Positions 45,384 to 56,400 of a stretch of 64,000 nucleotides of DNA are shown in pieces (the stretch's first letter is position 1; each line of letters opens with the position of its first letter). A program made the translations under genes and the position numbers. The notes under the pieces were generated by a model, which was given only the letters and a program-made list of their open reading frames with translations, had not been told where the DNA came from and searched no databases. This DNA is from Bacillota bacterium (GTDB taxonomy: Bacteria; Bacillota; Clostridia; Lachnospirales; Lachnospiraceae). The stretch lies in contig JAUNGK010000002.1 of NCBI GenBank assembly GCA_030524555.1, positions 3,909 through 67,908 of the forward strand. The letters run 5' to 3'.

Positions 45384-46316
45384 ATGAGAAGAAGAGGTAG
45401 AAGAAGTTTTTCAAAAGAACGGTTTCTTATGGTTGCCTCATCCGTATTGGTTTTGGGGGCACTGACAGCTACGGGGTTGTGGCTGGGAAGAGAGGATAAT
45501 CAGCAGGATGAAGGTTATGTGGTGGATTTGAGCACCATTGAAAATAATACGGCCACAGGCTTTGCCCAGGAAGGTGATACACAGCTTACGGAGAATCTTT
45601 CAAAGGAAGCTTCTCTGGCGGATGATCTGGATTATGATCCCAATTTTCAGGAGACAAATTCACAGAGGGTAGAAAATCCGGATCAGTCCGAAAGCGAGAG
45701 TATGTCGGTGGGAACCGAAGAAAACGGCGCCCGGCAGGAAGAAAGCGATGATGCTGAAAAGAAAAATGCCGATAAGGTATCAGAGGCAGGTGGACAGGCT
45801 AAAACAGAAAATACACAGGGAAGTGCACAGGAAAGCAGCCGGGAAGAAGAAACAAAGCAGGATACTCCGGCTCTATCCACGGCAATGCAGCCGGCGCTGA
45901 CCTTTAGCGATTCGGATACTCTGGTGTGGCCTATTGTAGGAAATATTCTGATCAATTACAGCATGGACAAAACAGTATATTTTCCTACCTTGCAGCAGTA
46001 TAAATACAATCCTGCCATTATTATTCAGGCGAACGAAGGTGATCTGATCACATCAGCTTCCGCAGGAAAGGTAATCAGCGTTTTTAATGATCCACAGATT
46101 GGAAATGCTGTTACTATGGAGCTGGGAGGCGGCTATGAGGTTACTTACGGTCAGCTTACCAATATTTTGGTTTCGGAAGGAAGCTATGTGGCTGCAGGCG
46201 ACATTATTGCAGAGGTGGCAGCACCTACCAGGTATTACAGCGTGGAGGGCACCAATGTATACTTCAAGCTGACTAAGGACGGCGAACCGGTTAATCCGAT
46301 GACAAAGCTGAATTAG
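45384..46316 (+). CDS. Membrane-anchored protein with a degenerate LytM/M23 domain (SpoIIQ-like candidate)
   Basis: ATG 45384 (RBS AGAAAGGAG). It has an N-terminal TM (FLMVASSVLVLGALTATGLWL), an acidic low-complexity linker of about 130 aa, and a C-terminal M23 fold lacking all metal and catalytic His/Asp residues. It is adjacent to spoIID. Confidence 0.65.
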   Translation: MRRRGRRSFSKERFLMVASSVLVLGALTATGLWLGREDNQQDEGYVVDLSTIENNTATGFAQEGDTQLTENLSKEASLADDLDYDPNFQETNSQRVENPDQSESESMSVGTEENGARQEESDDAEKKNADKVSEAGGQAKTENTQGSAQESSREEETKQDTPALSTAMQPALTFSDSDTLVWPIVGNILINYSMDKTVYFPTLQQYKYNPAIIIQANEGDLITSASAGKVISVFNDPQIGNAVTMELGGGYEVTYGQLTNILVSEGSYVAAGDIIAEVAAPTRYYSVEGTNVYFKLTKDGEPVNPMTKLN

Positions 46317-46336
46317 AGACGGAGAGGTCAATAAAT

Positions 46337-47539
46337 ATGATTTATATTATTGGTGGCAAAATCATAACAATGACCGGCAAAATATGGGAAAAGGGTTATC
46401 TTTGCATTGAAAAGGGAAAGATAACGGCATTGGGGCCTATGGAAAATGGAGCCCCTTTTCCTTTGCCGGAAGGAGATCAGGTGCAGGTTATCAATGCACT
46501 GGGAAATCTGGTTCTTCCCGGACTGATTGAAGCGCATTGTCATATGGGAATTACGGAGGAAAAGAAAGGGATGGAGGGAGATGACTGTAACGAGACTACG
46601 AATCCCCTTACGCCGCAGCTTCGGGCACTGGATGCAATCAATCCTATGGATGCGGCTTTTGATGATGCAGTAAGGGCGGGAATTACCTCTGCAATGATCG
46701 GACCGGGAAGCGCTAACGTGGTAGGAGGAACCTTTTCCTTTCTTAAAACCCACGGAAGAACCATTGATGACATGCTGGTATTGTCTCCGGCAGCAATGAA
46801 GATTGCCTTTGGGGAAAATCCCAAGGTGAATTATTCGGGACAGGGAAAATCCCCGGCCACGAGGATGGCAATTGCGGCTATGCTGCGGGAGGAGCTTTTT
46901 AAGGCCAGACTGTATTACGAAAAGAAATGCGCAGGGATGAAAAGAGAGGATGAGGATTTTCGCTATGAGGCATGGATTCCGGTATTTGAGAAGAAGATTC
47001 CCTTAAAGGCTCATGTGCACCGGGCAGATGATATTCAGACTGCCATACGGATTGCCAGGGAATATGGACTTCCCATGACTCTGGATCATTGCAGTGAGGG
47101 CCATCTTATTGCGCAGAAGGTGAAGGAGTCAGGCTGCCCTGCAATCGTAGGCCCCGATTTGGCCAGCAGGAATAAGATAGAGGTTCAGAATATGGCCTTT
47201 AAAACGGTGGGAATCTTAAATAAGGCGGGAGTAAAAACTGCGATTACCACGGATCACCCGGTTTGCCTTATTCAGTCTCTTCCTATCTGTGCCGGTCTGG
47301 CTGCTAAATCCGGTATGGATGAAATGGAAGCTCTTAAGTCCATTACCATATATCCTGCCCAGATATGCGGCGTTGATAAGAGGGTGGGCTCTCTGGAAGT
47401 GGGAAAGGATGCTGATGTTGTTATTTTTGATGATTTCCCGCTTAAGGTAAGCGCTAAAGTGATGTGTACTCTTATAGAGGGTGAAATTGTCTATGCGGAT
47501 GAAAGCTTTCCTTTACCTGCCTGTAAAAAGAAGGTATAA
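46337..47539 (+). CDS. Metal-dependent amidohydrolase family protein
   Basis: 400 aa with the N-terminal beta-sandwich plus HxH motif (PGLIEAHCHMG) typical of the amidohydrolase superfamily. Confidence 0.8.
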   Translation: MIYIIGGKIITMTGKIWEKGYLCIEKGKITALGPMENGAPFPLPEGDQVQVINALGNLVLPGLIEAHCHMGITEEKKGMEGDDCNETTNPLTPQLRALDAINPMDAAFDDAVRAGITSAMIGPGSANVVGGTFSFLKTHGRTIDDMLVLSPAAMKIAFGENPKVNYSGQGKSPATRMAIAAMLREELFKARLYYEKKCAGMKREDEDFRYEAWIPVFEKKIPLKAHVHRADDIQTAIRIAREYGLPMTLDHCSEGHLIAQKVKESGCPAIVGPDLASRNKIEVQNMAFKTVGILNKAGVKTAITTDHPVCLIQSLPICAGLAAKSGMDEMEALKSITIYPAQICGVDKRVGSLEVGKDADVVIFDDFPLKVSAKVMCTLIEGEIVYADESFPLPACKKKV

Positions 47540-47580
47540 TAACAGAGGTAAATGAGGAAAGGTTATGTATAGGGAAAGAC

Positions 47581-49140
47581 ATGATTCCGTATAAGATAAA
47601 AAGGGCAGTCACAGCCGGTCTGGTTCTTTTGCTGACCGCCGGCTGCGCAGCAATGCCCCAAAACGGGGAAACGCAGGAGGAAGTAAATATTATTACCAGC
47701 ATGGAGGATGAACCGCAGCTTACCTATGAGGTGCCGGTTAGTCTGCCTAATATTCTGATTAACCAGTTAGGATACATAACGGACAGCACAAAGACAGCGA
47801 TTTTCTGCGGGGAGGAAATGCCCCGGGTGTTTCATGTTATCAGAGCTGATACCGGAGAAATCGTATATACCGGTTATCTTGAGGATAAGGCGTATTATGA
47901 TGAAATCAGGGAATATATTAGTTATGGGGATCTTTCGGCGGTAACGGAGCCTGGCACCTATTATATTGAGGCTCCGATACTTGGACGGTCATATTCCTTT
48001 ATGGTGGGAGATGACCTTTACGATCAGATATTTCGTGAGGCCTGCCGGCAGTATTACTATAATCGGTGCGGAATGACGCTGACTACCGAATATGCAGGTG
48101 AAAAGGCACATAATGCCTGCCATACCGGAAAAGCAGTGCTTAGAGAGAATATATCCATCAGCCTTGATGTGAGCGGCGGCTGGCATCAGGATGAAATGGG
48201 CTCTAAGGATGTGGTAATGGCAGCAAAGAACATAGGAGTAATGCTGCTTTCATATGAATTGTATGAGGAATCCTTTGGAGACAATATGGGGATTCCTGAA
48301 AGTGGAAATGGTATTCCTGATATTCTGGATGAGATTAAATATGAGATTGAATGGCTTTTGAAGATGCAGGATCAGGCTACCGGCGCCGTGTATGCAGGGG
48401 TGACGGTATACAATCAAAACGGAGCAAAGGGTACGGTTTCCTACGTGGAGCCTGTGAAGATGGAATCAGCTAAGGCTTTTGCCATGGTACTTGCCAAATT
48501 TAGTTATCTGTATCAGGATTATGATACCGAGTATGCAACGAATTGCTTAAAGGCGGCTGACCGTGCATGGAAATACATGGAGTTAAACGCAGGAGAGCAG
48601 ACTGACCCATGGAAATTTGCGGCAGCAGCAGAGCTTTACCGGGCTTCAGGGCAGCAGAGCTGTCACAGGTTTATTACGGAATACCTTCTTAAAGCGGATT
48701 GGGATGAAGAGCTGGATGAGGTAACCTTTCTGGGGTATGTGACTTATATTTCCACAAAGCAGCAGGTTAATCTGGAGCTGTGTGAGAATATTACCAAGGT
48801 GCTGACGCAAAAGGCTGAGGAGATTTCTGAAAATGCAAGGGGCTCTGAATATCTGGTGGAGCAGGGGGAAGGGCAGGAGCATAATCTTATTCTTCTTCAA
48901 AATATGATGTATCTGACCATGGTGGATTATATGATTTCCAATCATGAATATGAAACGGTGATTGAAAATCATCTGCACTATTTTATGGGAAGAAACAGTC
49001 AGGCGGTCAGCTATATTGATAATGTAGGGGAAAATAATTACAGGCAGACGGATGAAAGCCTGGGAATTATGAAGAATTTTGATGCTGACAGTAAATTGAT
49101 TTTTATGCTGAGCGAGATCGTAGGAAATCATAGAAATTAA
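47581..49140 (+). CDS. GH9-like lipoprotein with a divergent catalytic motif
   Basis: 519 aa. Lipoprotein signal LLLTAGCAA, an Ig-like CelD_N-type segment (NQLGYITDSTKTAIF...GTYYIE) and a GH9-like (alpha/alpha)6 region are present. The GGWxDAGD motif reads GGWHQDEMGS. Confidence 0.65.
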   Translation: MIPYKIKRAVTAGLVLLLTAGCAAMPQNGETQEEVNIITSMEDEPQLTYEVPVSLPNILINQLGYITDSTKTAIFCGEEMPRVFHVIRADTGEIVYTGYLEDKAYYDEIREYISYGDLSAVTEPGTYYIEAPILGRSYSFMVGDDLYDQIFREACRQYYYNRCGMTLTTEYAGEKAHNACHTGKAVLRENISISLDVSGGWHQDEMGSKDVVMAAKNIGVMLLSYELYEESFGDNMGIPESGNGIPDILDEIKYEIEWLLKMQDQATGAVYAGVTVYNQNGAKGTVSYVEPVKMESAKAFAMVLAKFSYLYQDYDTEYATNCLKAADRAWKYMELNAGEQTDPWKFAAAAELYRASGQQSCHRFITEYLLKADWDEELDEVTFLGYVTYISTKQQVNLELCENITKVLTQKAEEISENARGSEYLVEQGEGQEHNLILLQNMMYLTMVDYMISNHEYETVIENHLHYFMGRNSQAVSYIDNVGENNYRQTDESLGIMKNFDADSKLIFMLSEIVGNHRN

Positions 49141-49203
49141 TTTGTAAAGTGGATATTAAAGTAAAATTTTTGTAGGTGATGTTCATTTTTGAACGGAAAG
49201 GAT

Positions 49204-50256
49204 ATGGAAATGAAAATAGTTGTGTTGGCAGGAGGCATCAGTACGGAAAGGGATGTATCACTTAGTTCGGGAACTATGATATACCGTGCGCTTAAGGAGA
49301 GAGGACACAAGGCAATCCTTCTTGATGTATATTTAGGTTATGAATGGGAGGATTTCTGCCAGGATAAAGCACCTGAAAGTATATTTGAAATAGAAAAGGA
49401 CTGGGCTTTGGCAATTGGAACCATTTCGGAGAAAAATCCCGATATAGAACAGATTAAGGCTATGCGTCCTGACGGAGAAAAAAACTTTTTCGGCCCCAAC
49501 GTGATTGCGCTCTGTCAGGCGGCAGATGTGGTTTTTATGGCCCTTCATGGGGAAAACGGGGAGAACGGAAAGATTCAGGCCTGCTTTGATCTGATGGGAA
49601 TAACTTATACAGGTACAGATTATGTCAGTTCTGCACTGGCTATGGATAAGGGGCTGACCAAGGAGCTGTTTACTGTTTGCGGGATCCCCTCACCCTGCGG
49701 CTTTCGCCTGAGGAAAGGGCAAAAGCAGGAAAAGGAGGCAGTATTTCCCTGTATTGTGAAGGCGTGCTGTGGAGGCTCCAGTGTGGGTGTGAGTATTGCC
49801 TTTCGTGAAGAGGATTATGAAAAAGCCCTTGCGGAAGCCTTTACCTATGATGATGAGGTAATTGTGGAGCAGTACATTAAGGGACGCGAATTTTCGGTAG
49901 GCGTGATGGACGGTAAGGCCCTTCCGATTATTGAAATAGCTCCTCTTACAGGCTTTTATGATTATAAGAATAAATATCAGCCGGGGTCTACCATTGAAAC
50001 CTGTCCTGCCGATCTGCCGGAGGATAAAACCAAAGAGATTCAGGGCTATGCGGAAAAGGCATTTACTGCTCTAAGACTTAAGAGCTATGCCAGAATGGAC
50101 TTTATGATGAGCGAGAAGGGAGAGGTATTTTGCCTGGAGGCCAATACCCTTCCGGGCATGACGCCTACCTCTCTTTTACCTCAGGAGGCGGCAGCTTTGG
50201 GAATGAGCTTTGGTGAGCTGTGTGAGAAAATATTGGAGACCGCACTGGTTAAATAG
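49204..50256 (+). CDS. ddl: D-alanine--D-alanine ligase
   Basis: The N-terminus (ME)MKIVVLAGGISTERDVSLSSG, the ATP-grasp core and the C-terminal LEANTLPGMT are present. The start is ATG 49204 or 49210; the track start at 49189 is TTG. Confidence 0.92.
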   Translation: MEMKIVVLAGGISTERDVSLSSGTMIYRALKERGHKAILLDVYLGYEWEDFCQDKAPESIFEIEKDWALAIGTISEKNPDIEQIKAMRPDGEKNFFGPNVIALCQAADVVFMALHGENGENGKIQACFDLMGITYTGTDYVSSALAMDKGLTKELFTVCGIPSPCGFRLRKGQKQEKEAVFPCIVKACCGGSSVGVSIAFREEDYEKALAEAFTYDDEVIVEQYIKGREFSVGVMDGKALPIIEIAPLTGFYDYKNKYQPGSTIETCPADLPEDKTKEIQGYAEKAFTALRLKSYARMDFMMSEKGEVFCLEANTLPGMTPTSLLPQEAAALGMSFGELCEKILETALVK

Positions 50257-50295
50257 AATAAGAATTTTCGGGTATGGGAAAGGCTGGTTAGTAAT

Positions 50296-51696
50296 ATGAA
50301 AAATATGACGCTTATCAATATGGCTAAGGCCTGCGGAGGAGTTCTGCACGGTTTGGATGCAGCCTCAAAGGAGGCTGCCGCACAGGAAGCTTCCTGCGTG
50401 GTGATTGACTCACGTAAAATAGGTAAGGGTGGAGTTTTTATTGCTGCCAAAGGTGAAAGGGTAGACGGACACAGCTTTATTCCCGCAGTGGAAGAAATGG
50501 GAGCCATGGGGGTTATCTGTGAGCGAAAGCCGGAGAATATAGGGATTCCCTATATTCTGGTAGAGGATTCCTTTAAAGCTCTTAAGGATGTGGCTGAGTT
50601 TTACAGAAAGCAGCTGGATATTAAAGTGATCGGGATAACCGGCAGCGTGGGCAAGACCAGCACCAAGGAGTTTATTGCATCAGTTCTTTCACAAAAATAC
50701 CGGGTATTGAAAACCCAGGGAAATTTTAACAATGAGATTGGACTGCCCCTTACGGTACTTTCTATCGGACAGGAGCATCAGGTTGCCGTTCTCGAAATGG
50801 GGATCAGTGATTTCGGGGAAATGCACAGGCTGAGTAAAATTGCAAAGCCGGACATCTGTGTAATGACCAATATTGGTCAGTGCCATTTGGAAAATCTGGG
50901 GTCAAGAGAGGGAATTTTAAAGGCTAAATCCGAAATTTTTGATTTTATGAATCCGGAAGGTTATGTGTTTATAAACGGAGATGACGATCAGCTTATAAGG
51001 GTTTCTCCTAAGATCAGCCATGCGCCTGTCCGGTTTGGTCTTGGGGCTTCAAATGACATTTTTGCTTCGGATGTGATCAGTAAGGGGCTTTTCGGGACCC
51101 ATGCCGTAATCCATGGGTTTTTACATGTGTTTCCGGTGGAAATTCCCTTACCCGGTGAGCATATGGTATGGAATACCTTAGCCGCTGCGGGAATAGGATT
51201 TTTGATGGGGCTTAATTCGGAGGAAATCACACGGGGGATTGCAGATGTAAAGGCAGTAGGCGGGCGAAGCAACGTGATGAAGCTTTCCGAATGCACTGTG
51301 ATTGATGACTGCTACAATGCCAATCCCGCTTCCGTGAAAGCTGCCATTGATCTTCTTTCCACTGCACCGGGACGAAAGGTGGCGATTCTGGGAGACATGT
51401 TTGAGCTGGGAGCAGATGAAAAGCGTCTCCACGAAGAAATCGGCGCTTATGCGGTAGAAAAGGGAATTGATATTATCATCTGTGCAGGAAGCCTTGCACA
51501 TTGTATCTATGAGAAGGGGCAGCAAAAGGCTAAGACAGGGACTGCGAAGCTGTACTATTTTCCTGATAGAGAGGAAATGGTGCCGGCCCTTTCCAATATT
51601 TTAAAAAAGCAGGATACTATTTTGGTCAAAGCATCACATGGGATGGCGTTTGAAAAAGTAGTGGAAGCCCTTGCCAAAATATCCTTAGTGCTTTAA
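50296..51696 (+). CDS. murF: UDP-N-acetylmuramoyl-tripeptide--D-alanyl-D-alanine ligase
   Basis: 466 aa with the Mur ligase P-loop GITGSVGKTSTKE and the DDCYNANP motif. Confidence 0.92.
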   Translation: MKNMTLINMAKACGGVLHGLDAASKEAAAQEASCVVIDSRKIGKGGVFIAAKGERVDGHSFIPAVEEMGAMGVICERKPENIGIPYILVEDSFKALKDVAEFYRKQLDIKVIGITGSVGKTSTKEFIASVLSQKYRVLKTQGNFNNEIGLPLTVLSIGQEHQVAVLEMGISDFGEMHRLSKIAKPDICVMTNIGQCHLENLGSREGILKAKSEIFDFMNPEGYVFINGDDDQLIRVSPKISHAPVRFGLGASNDIFASDVISKGLFGTHAVIHGFLHVFPVEIPLPGEHMVWNTLAAAGIGFLMGLNSEEITRGIADVKAVGGRSNVMKLSECTVIDDCYNANPASVKAAIDLLSTAPGRKVAILGDMFELGADEKRLHEEIGAYAVEKGIDIIICAGSLAHCIYEKGQQKAKTGTAKLYYFPDREEMVPALSNILKKQDTILVKASHGMAFEKVVEALAKISLVL

Positions 51697-51734
51697 ACTT
51701 ATAAATACTGAAAATCTTAGTGCGGAGCGAACAT

Positions 51735-52481
51735 ATGATACGATTCATTTTGGTGGCATGTTTTGTTATTTTATTTTTGGTTTTAAGCATTCCTCTTTTG
51801 ATTGCGGAATGGATTATCGGGAAATTTAATATGGATTTGAAAAACCGAAGCTCCCTTGCAATTGTCAACTGGGCTTTTCGATGCTGTTTATTTCTGGCAG
51901 GTACCAGGGTGATTGTAAGAGGCGAGGAAAATGTGCCTAAGGATTGTCCGGTTTTGTATATCGGAAATCACAGAAGCTATTTTGATATTTTGATCACCTA
52001 TGTACGGGTTCCCAGGCCTACAGGTTATATTGCCAAGAAGGAGATGTTAAGGTATCCGCTTCTGGTAAACTGGATGAAAAACCTTCACTGTCTGTTCCTG
52101 GACAGGAAGGACGTAAAGCAGGGGCTTAAAATTATTCTGGAGGCCATTGAAAAGGTTAAATCCGGCATTTCTATCTGCATTTTTCCGGAAGGAACCAGAA
52201 ATAGGGTTAACCATACCTTTATGGAATTTCATGAGGGAAGCTTTAAGATTGCATCCAAAACAGGCTGCCCCATTGTTCCTATGACTATTTACAATTCGGC
52301 GGATATTTTTGAGGATCATCTTCCCAAGATCAAAAAGACTACCGTAATACTTGAGTATGGAGAGCCTATTTTCATAAAGGAGCTTTCCAGGGAGGATCAG
52401 AAGAGGATTGGGATATATACACAGAATATCATTAAGGAAAGATATTTTAAGATTAAAGATGAAGTGGAGAAGGGATATTAG
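51735..52481 (+). CDS. plsC: 1-acyl-sn-glycerol-3-phosphate acyltransferase
   Basis: N-terminal TM, HX4D motif NHRSYFD and the FPEGTR motif. Confidence 0.85.
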   Translation: MIRFILVACFVILFLVLSIPLLIAEWIIGKFNMDLKNRSSLAIVNWAFRCCLFLAGTRVIVRGEENVPKDCPVLYIGNHRSYFDILITYVRVPRPTGYIAKKEMLRYPLLVNWMKNLHCLFLDRKDVKQGLKIILEAIEKVKSGISICIFPEGTRNRVNHTFMEFHEGSFKIASKTGCPIVPMTIYNSADIFEDHLPKIKKTTVILEYGEPIFIKELSREDQKRIGIYTQNIIKERYFKIKDEVEKGY

Positions 52482-53438
52482 ATGGACAAGGTAGCAGTAT
52501 TAATTCCGTGTTATAATGAAGAAAAGACCATTGCCAAGGTGGTAGCGGACGCAAAAGCCGCCCTGCCGGAGGCAGTTGTTTATGTATATGACAATAATTC
52601 CACAGACCGCACCGTAGAGCTTGCTAAGGCAGCGGGAGCGGTGATCCGGCATGAATATATGCAGGGCAAAGGAAATGTAATCAGAAGAATGTTCCGGGAA
52701 ATAGAGGCCCAGTGTTATGTGATGGTGGATGGAGATGACACGTATCCCATGGAATTTGCCGCTCAGATGGTGGAAAAGGTGCTCTATCATAATGCGGATA
52801 TGGTAGTGGGGGACAGGCTGTCGTCTACTTATTTTGAGGAGAATAAACGTCCTTTCCATAATATGGGAAACAGTCTTGTACGTGCCGGTATTAATCACCT
52901 GTTCGGCAGTGAAATTAAAGATATTATGACGGGCTTTAGGGCCTTCAGCTATGGGTTTGTGAAAACCTTTCCGGTTCTTTCCAAGGGCTTTGAGATTGAA
53001 ACGGAGATGACGATCCATGCGGTATACAATCATATGCAGATCGATAATGTAATTGTGGATTACAGGGACAGGCCTGAGGGCAGTGTTTCGAAACTAAATA
53101 CTTATTCTGACGGACTTCGTGTGCTCGGAACCATTTTCCGGCTGTACCGCGATTATAAGCCCTTTGGCTTTTTCAGTCTGCTTGCCCTTTTACTTACGGT
53201 GCTTGCAGTGATCTTCTTCATTCCCGTGTTGATTGAATTTTTGGAGACGGGGCTGGTGTTAAAATTTCCTACATTGATTGTATGCGGTTTTGTTATGCTG
53301 GCAGCGATCCAATCCTTCTTTGCAGGATTGATTTTGTCTAATATGGCAATGAAGAACAGAAGAGACTTTGAGTATCGTTTTACGTTGGTTTCCGAGAAGG
53401 AAAGACGCCAGCGCAGGGAAGAAAAGGAAGAGGAATAA
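52482..53438 (+). CDS. GT2 polyprenyl-phosphate glycosyltransferase (GtrB/CsbB/YkoT-like) with two C-terminal TM helices
   Basis: VLIPCYNEEKTI, the DXD motif (VDGDDTYP), and C-terminal helices FGFFSLLALLLTVLAVIFF and LIVCGFVMLAAIQSFFAGLIL. The start abuts the plsC stop. Confidence 0.88.
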   Translation: MDKVAVLIPCYNEEKTIAKVVADAKAALPEAVVYVYDNNSTDRTVELAKAAGAVIRHEYMQGKGNVIRRMFREIEAQCYVMVDGDDTYPMEFAAQMVEKVLYHNADMVVGDRLSSTYFEENKRPFHNMGNSLVRAGINHLFGSEIKDIMTGFRAFSYGFVKTFPVLSKGFEIETEMTIHAVYNHMQIDNVIVDYRDRPEGSVSKLNTYSDGLRVLGTIFRLYRDYKPFGFFSLLALLLTVLAVIFFIPVLIEFLETGLVLKFPTLIVCGFVMLAAIQSFFAGLILSNMAMKNRRDFEYRFTLVSEKERRQRREEKEEE

Positions 53439-53445
53439 CAGCTAT

Positions 53446-56400
53446 ATGGAGAATAAGGCTTTTAGGAAAATAGCTTCTAGGTGGTATCTTGTTATTGTAT
53501 TTGGTTTCCTCATTTTCGCGGGACTTGTTTTTGCAATCTGCGGAGAGGACAGTGTGATAGCGGTTCATGACAATTTGGATTTGTTTACGCCGCAGTTTCA
53601 AATGCTGAAGGATACAAAGAGCTTTTGGTCGCATGACGTATATGTGCCGTTTCTCGGCGGAGTCAGCAGAGATGTGCTGCCGTCCGAGTTTTCGCTTTAT
53701 ACTATGCTTTATATGATTCTTCCGGCATACCCTGCCTATATTGTGGGGTATCTGTTGAAAATTGTGATTGCACTGGTATCCTGCATTCTTTTGGCAAAGG
53801 ATTTTTGTGGTGAGAAATATGATAGCTATAAGCCGCTTGTATGGCTTGTGGGAATGGCCTATGGCGTGCTGAATGTATTTCCTGCCTTTGGAATTTCTTT
53901 TGCTTCTATTCCTCTGGTGATTTATCTTACCCGTAAGATCTACAGGACGCCTTCCGTAAAGTGGTATCTGGCGCTGTTCTTTTATCCACTGTTGTCCTAT
54001 TTTTCCTATTTCGGTCTTTTTATTCTTGCCTATATGGCAGTGGCCTTTCTTTGGATATGGATAAAGGATAAGAAATTTCCCTTAAGAATTCTTTTGGCTG
54101 TTATTGTTCTTGCAGTCGGCTTTGTTGTCTGTGAATACAGGCTGTTCGGAACCATGCTTTTTAGCGATGAGGTCACAATCCGGTCTACGATGGAGTCGGG
54201 AAGCTATTCTGCGAAAGAAATATTAAGTACTGTTTTCGAGGGCTTCTTAAAAGGAATGTTCCATGCGGAAAGCATGCATATGTATCTGGTTTTGCCTGTA
54301 TGTATCATTTATTTTATATATCTGAATGCTTCCTATATTAAGAATAAGAATGTAAAAGGAATTTTCCACGACGTTTTCAATTTGTTAATGCTGGTTCTGG
54401 TGTTTAACAGCGTTGTTTACGGTATTTATTACTGGGAGGGCTTTAGAAGCATTGTAGAAACCATCTGCCCGCCCCTTACGGGCTGGCAGTTTAACAGAAC
54501 CATCTTTTTCAGTCCTTTTGTGTGGTATGCAGCTTTCTTTTTAGTACTCATCCGGCTTTATAACGGAGGAGAAAGGAAAAAGATGCTTGTGGCCAATGCT
54601 TTGGCTGTGCTGGCGATTTTCATCATTGTTCTTAGTGGAAACAGGTATAACGATTTGTATCATACCTGCTATAGCAAGGTCTATGAAATGGTAAAGGGAG
54701 AAAAGGCGGATCAGCTAAGCTATGGGGAATTCTTTTCCAAAGAGTTGTTTGAGGAGGCCAAGCAGGACATCGGATACTGTGATCAGTGGTCTGCAGCCTA
54801 TGGGTTTTATCCGGCTATTTTGGAATATAACGGGATATCCACGATTGACGGTTATTTAGGTTTTTATCCCCAGGATTATAAAGAAGCGTTCGGGGAGGTT
54901 ATAAGGCCGGCTTTAGACCGGGTGGAGGAGAGCCGTGTTTATTATGACGAATGGGGTGCAAGGGCTTATCTGTACTCGGGGACAGATGTTTCTATTATTA
55001 ATGCCGGCAGAAGCTATCAGGTGTCAGATCATGATATTTATATTGATATTGACGCTTTTAAGTCTCTTGGGGGAAGGTATATCTTTTCACGCATCGAGCT
55101 GTCTAATGCCGAAGAGGCAGGGCTTACTCTTGCGGGTGTATATACTCACGAGGATTCGCCTTACACACTGTATGTGTATCAAACCAGTTCCAGATACCAG
55201 TCCAAGGAGCATTCAGAGCTTACCTTTGAGGAGATGAAGAGCCTTAGTTATGACAGAGAGAGGCTTGAGACAGAAATACAGGAGCTTTGCGATCTGGCGG
55301 CAGAAGCGGAGGAGACAAAGGAAGCGTCAGAAAAGGAACGTGTCCTGGAATTATATGAAAGTGTTATGGATGAATTTGTAAAGCTGCGGACATGCCAGCA
55401 TATGATAGAGGTAGTTTATTATCAGAATGTTTTGGATGAGGAAAACAGCAGAAGGCAGGAGGAGATTACTGAGGATGCAGTAGATATGTGGGATAAGCTT
55501 TACAGTATGTTAAAGGAAGTGTGCTTATCCCCTTACAGGGAAGTGATGGAAACTGTGATAGAGCCTGAGCTGGTGGAGGCACTGACAGAGTATGAGGAAA
55601 TGACAGATGAGGAAAAGGAAAGCTACCTGAAGGAAAACAGTCTGGAGCAGGAATATGAGCTGGCGGCCCAGGAGGATTATTTTTATGAATATGGAGGGGA
55701 AGCCTGGAATACGGAAAGACTGACGCTGGAGGGAGATACCCTGTCGCAGGAGCAGTGGATTGAGATCTATCAGGGAATAAATCGGGAAAGGAACACTGCG
55801 CTTGGAGAAATCTATTTGGAGCTTGTTGAGCTCCGCACCCAGATGGCCAGAGAAGAAGAATATGAGAACTATGGCGAGTATGCTTATGAAGAGCTTTACG
55901 TTAGGGATTACTCGGTAGAGGATGCAGAGGAATACTTTGAAGAGATCAGAAAGAAGGTAGTTCCTTCTCTTACAGATATGGAGCAGGAGTATTATTCCAG
56001 GGATTTTTCTCTTTTATATGATATGCCGGAAACAACAGCAAAGCAGCGCTTTGCTGCGGTAAGTCCATATCTGGATCAGATAGATCCGGAGCTTAAGGAA
56101 ACATTTGATTATATGGAGAAGTACCAGCTTTATGATATGGATCCCTCCTATGGAAAGGCTGATACGGGATTTACCATTTGGCTGGATTATTTCGGAGATG
56201 CATTTATTTATGATTCTCCTTATGGTTCCTACTATGATTACACCACTGCCATCCATGAATTTGGTCATTATCATTATATGTTCCGCAATACTGAGGATAT
56301 TATGGTTAAGAGCAATAATATCGATTTGTGTGAGATTCATTCTCAGGGGTTGGAAATGCTGTTTTGTGAGTATGACGACGAGGTACTTGAAGGGGAAGCG

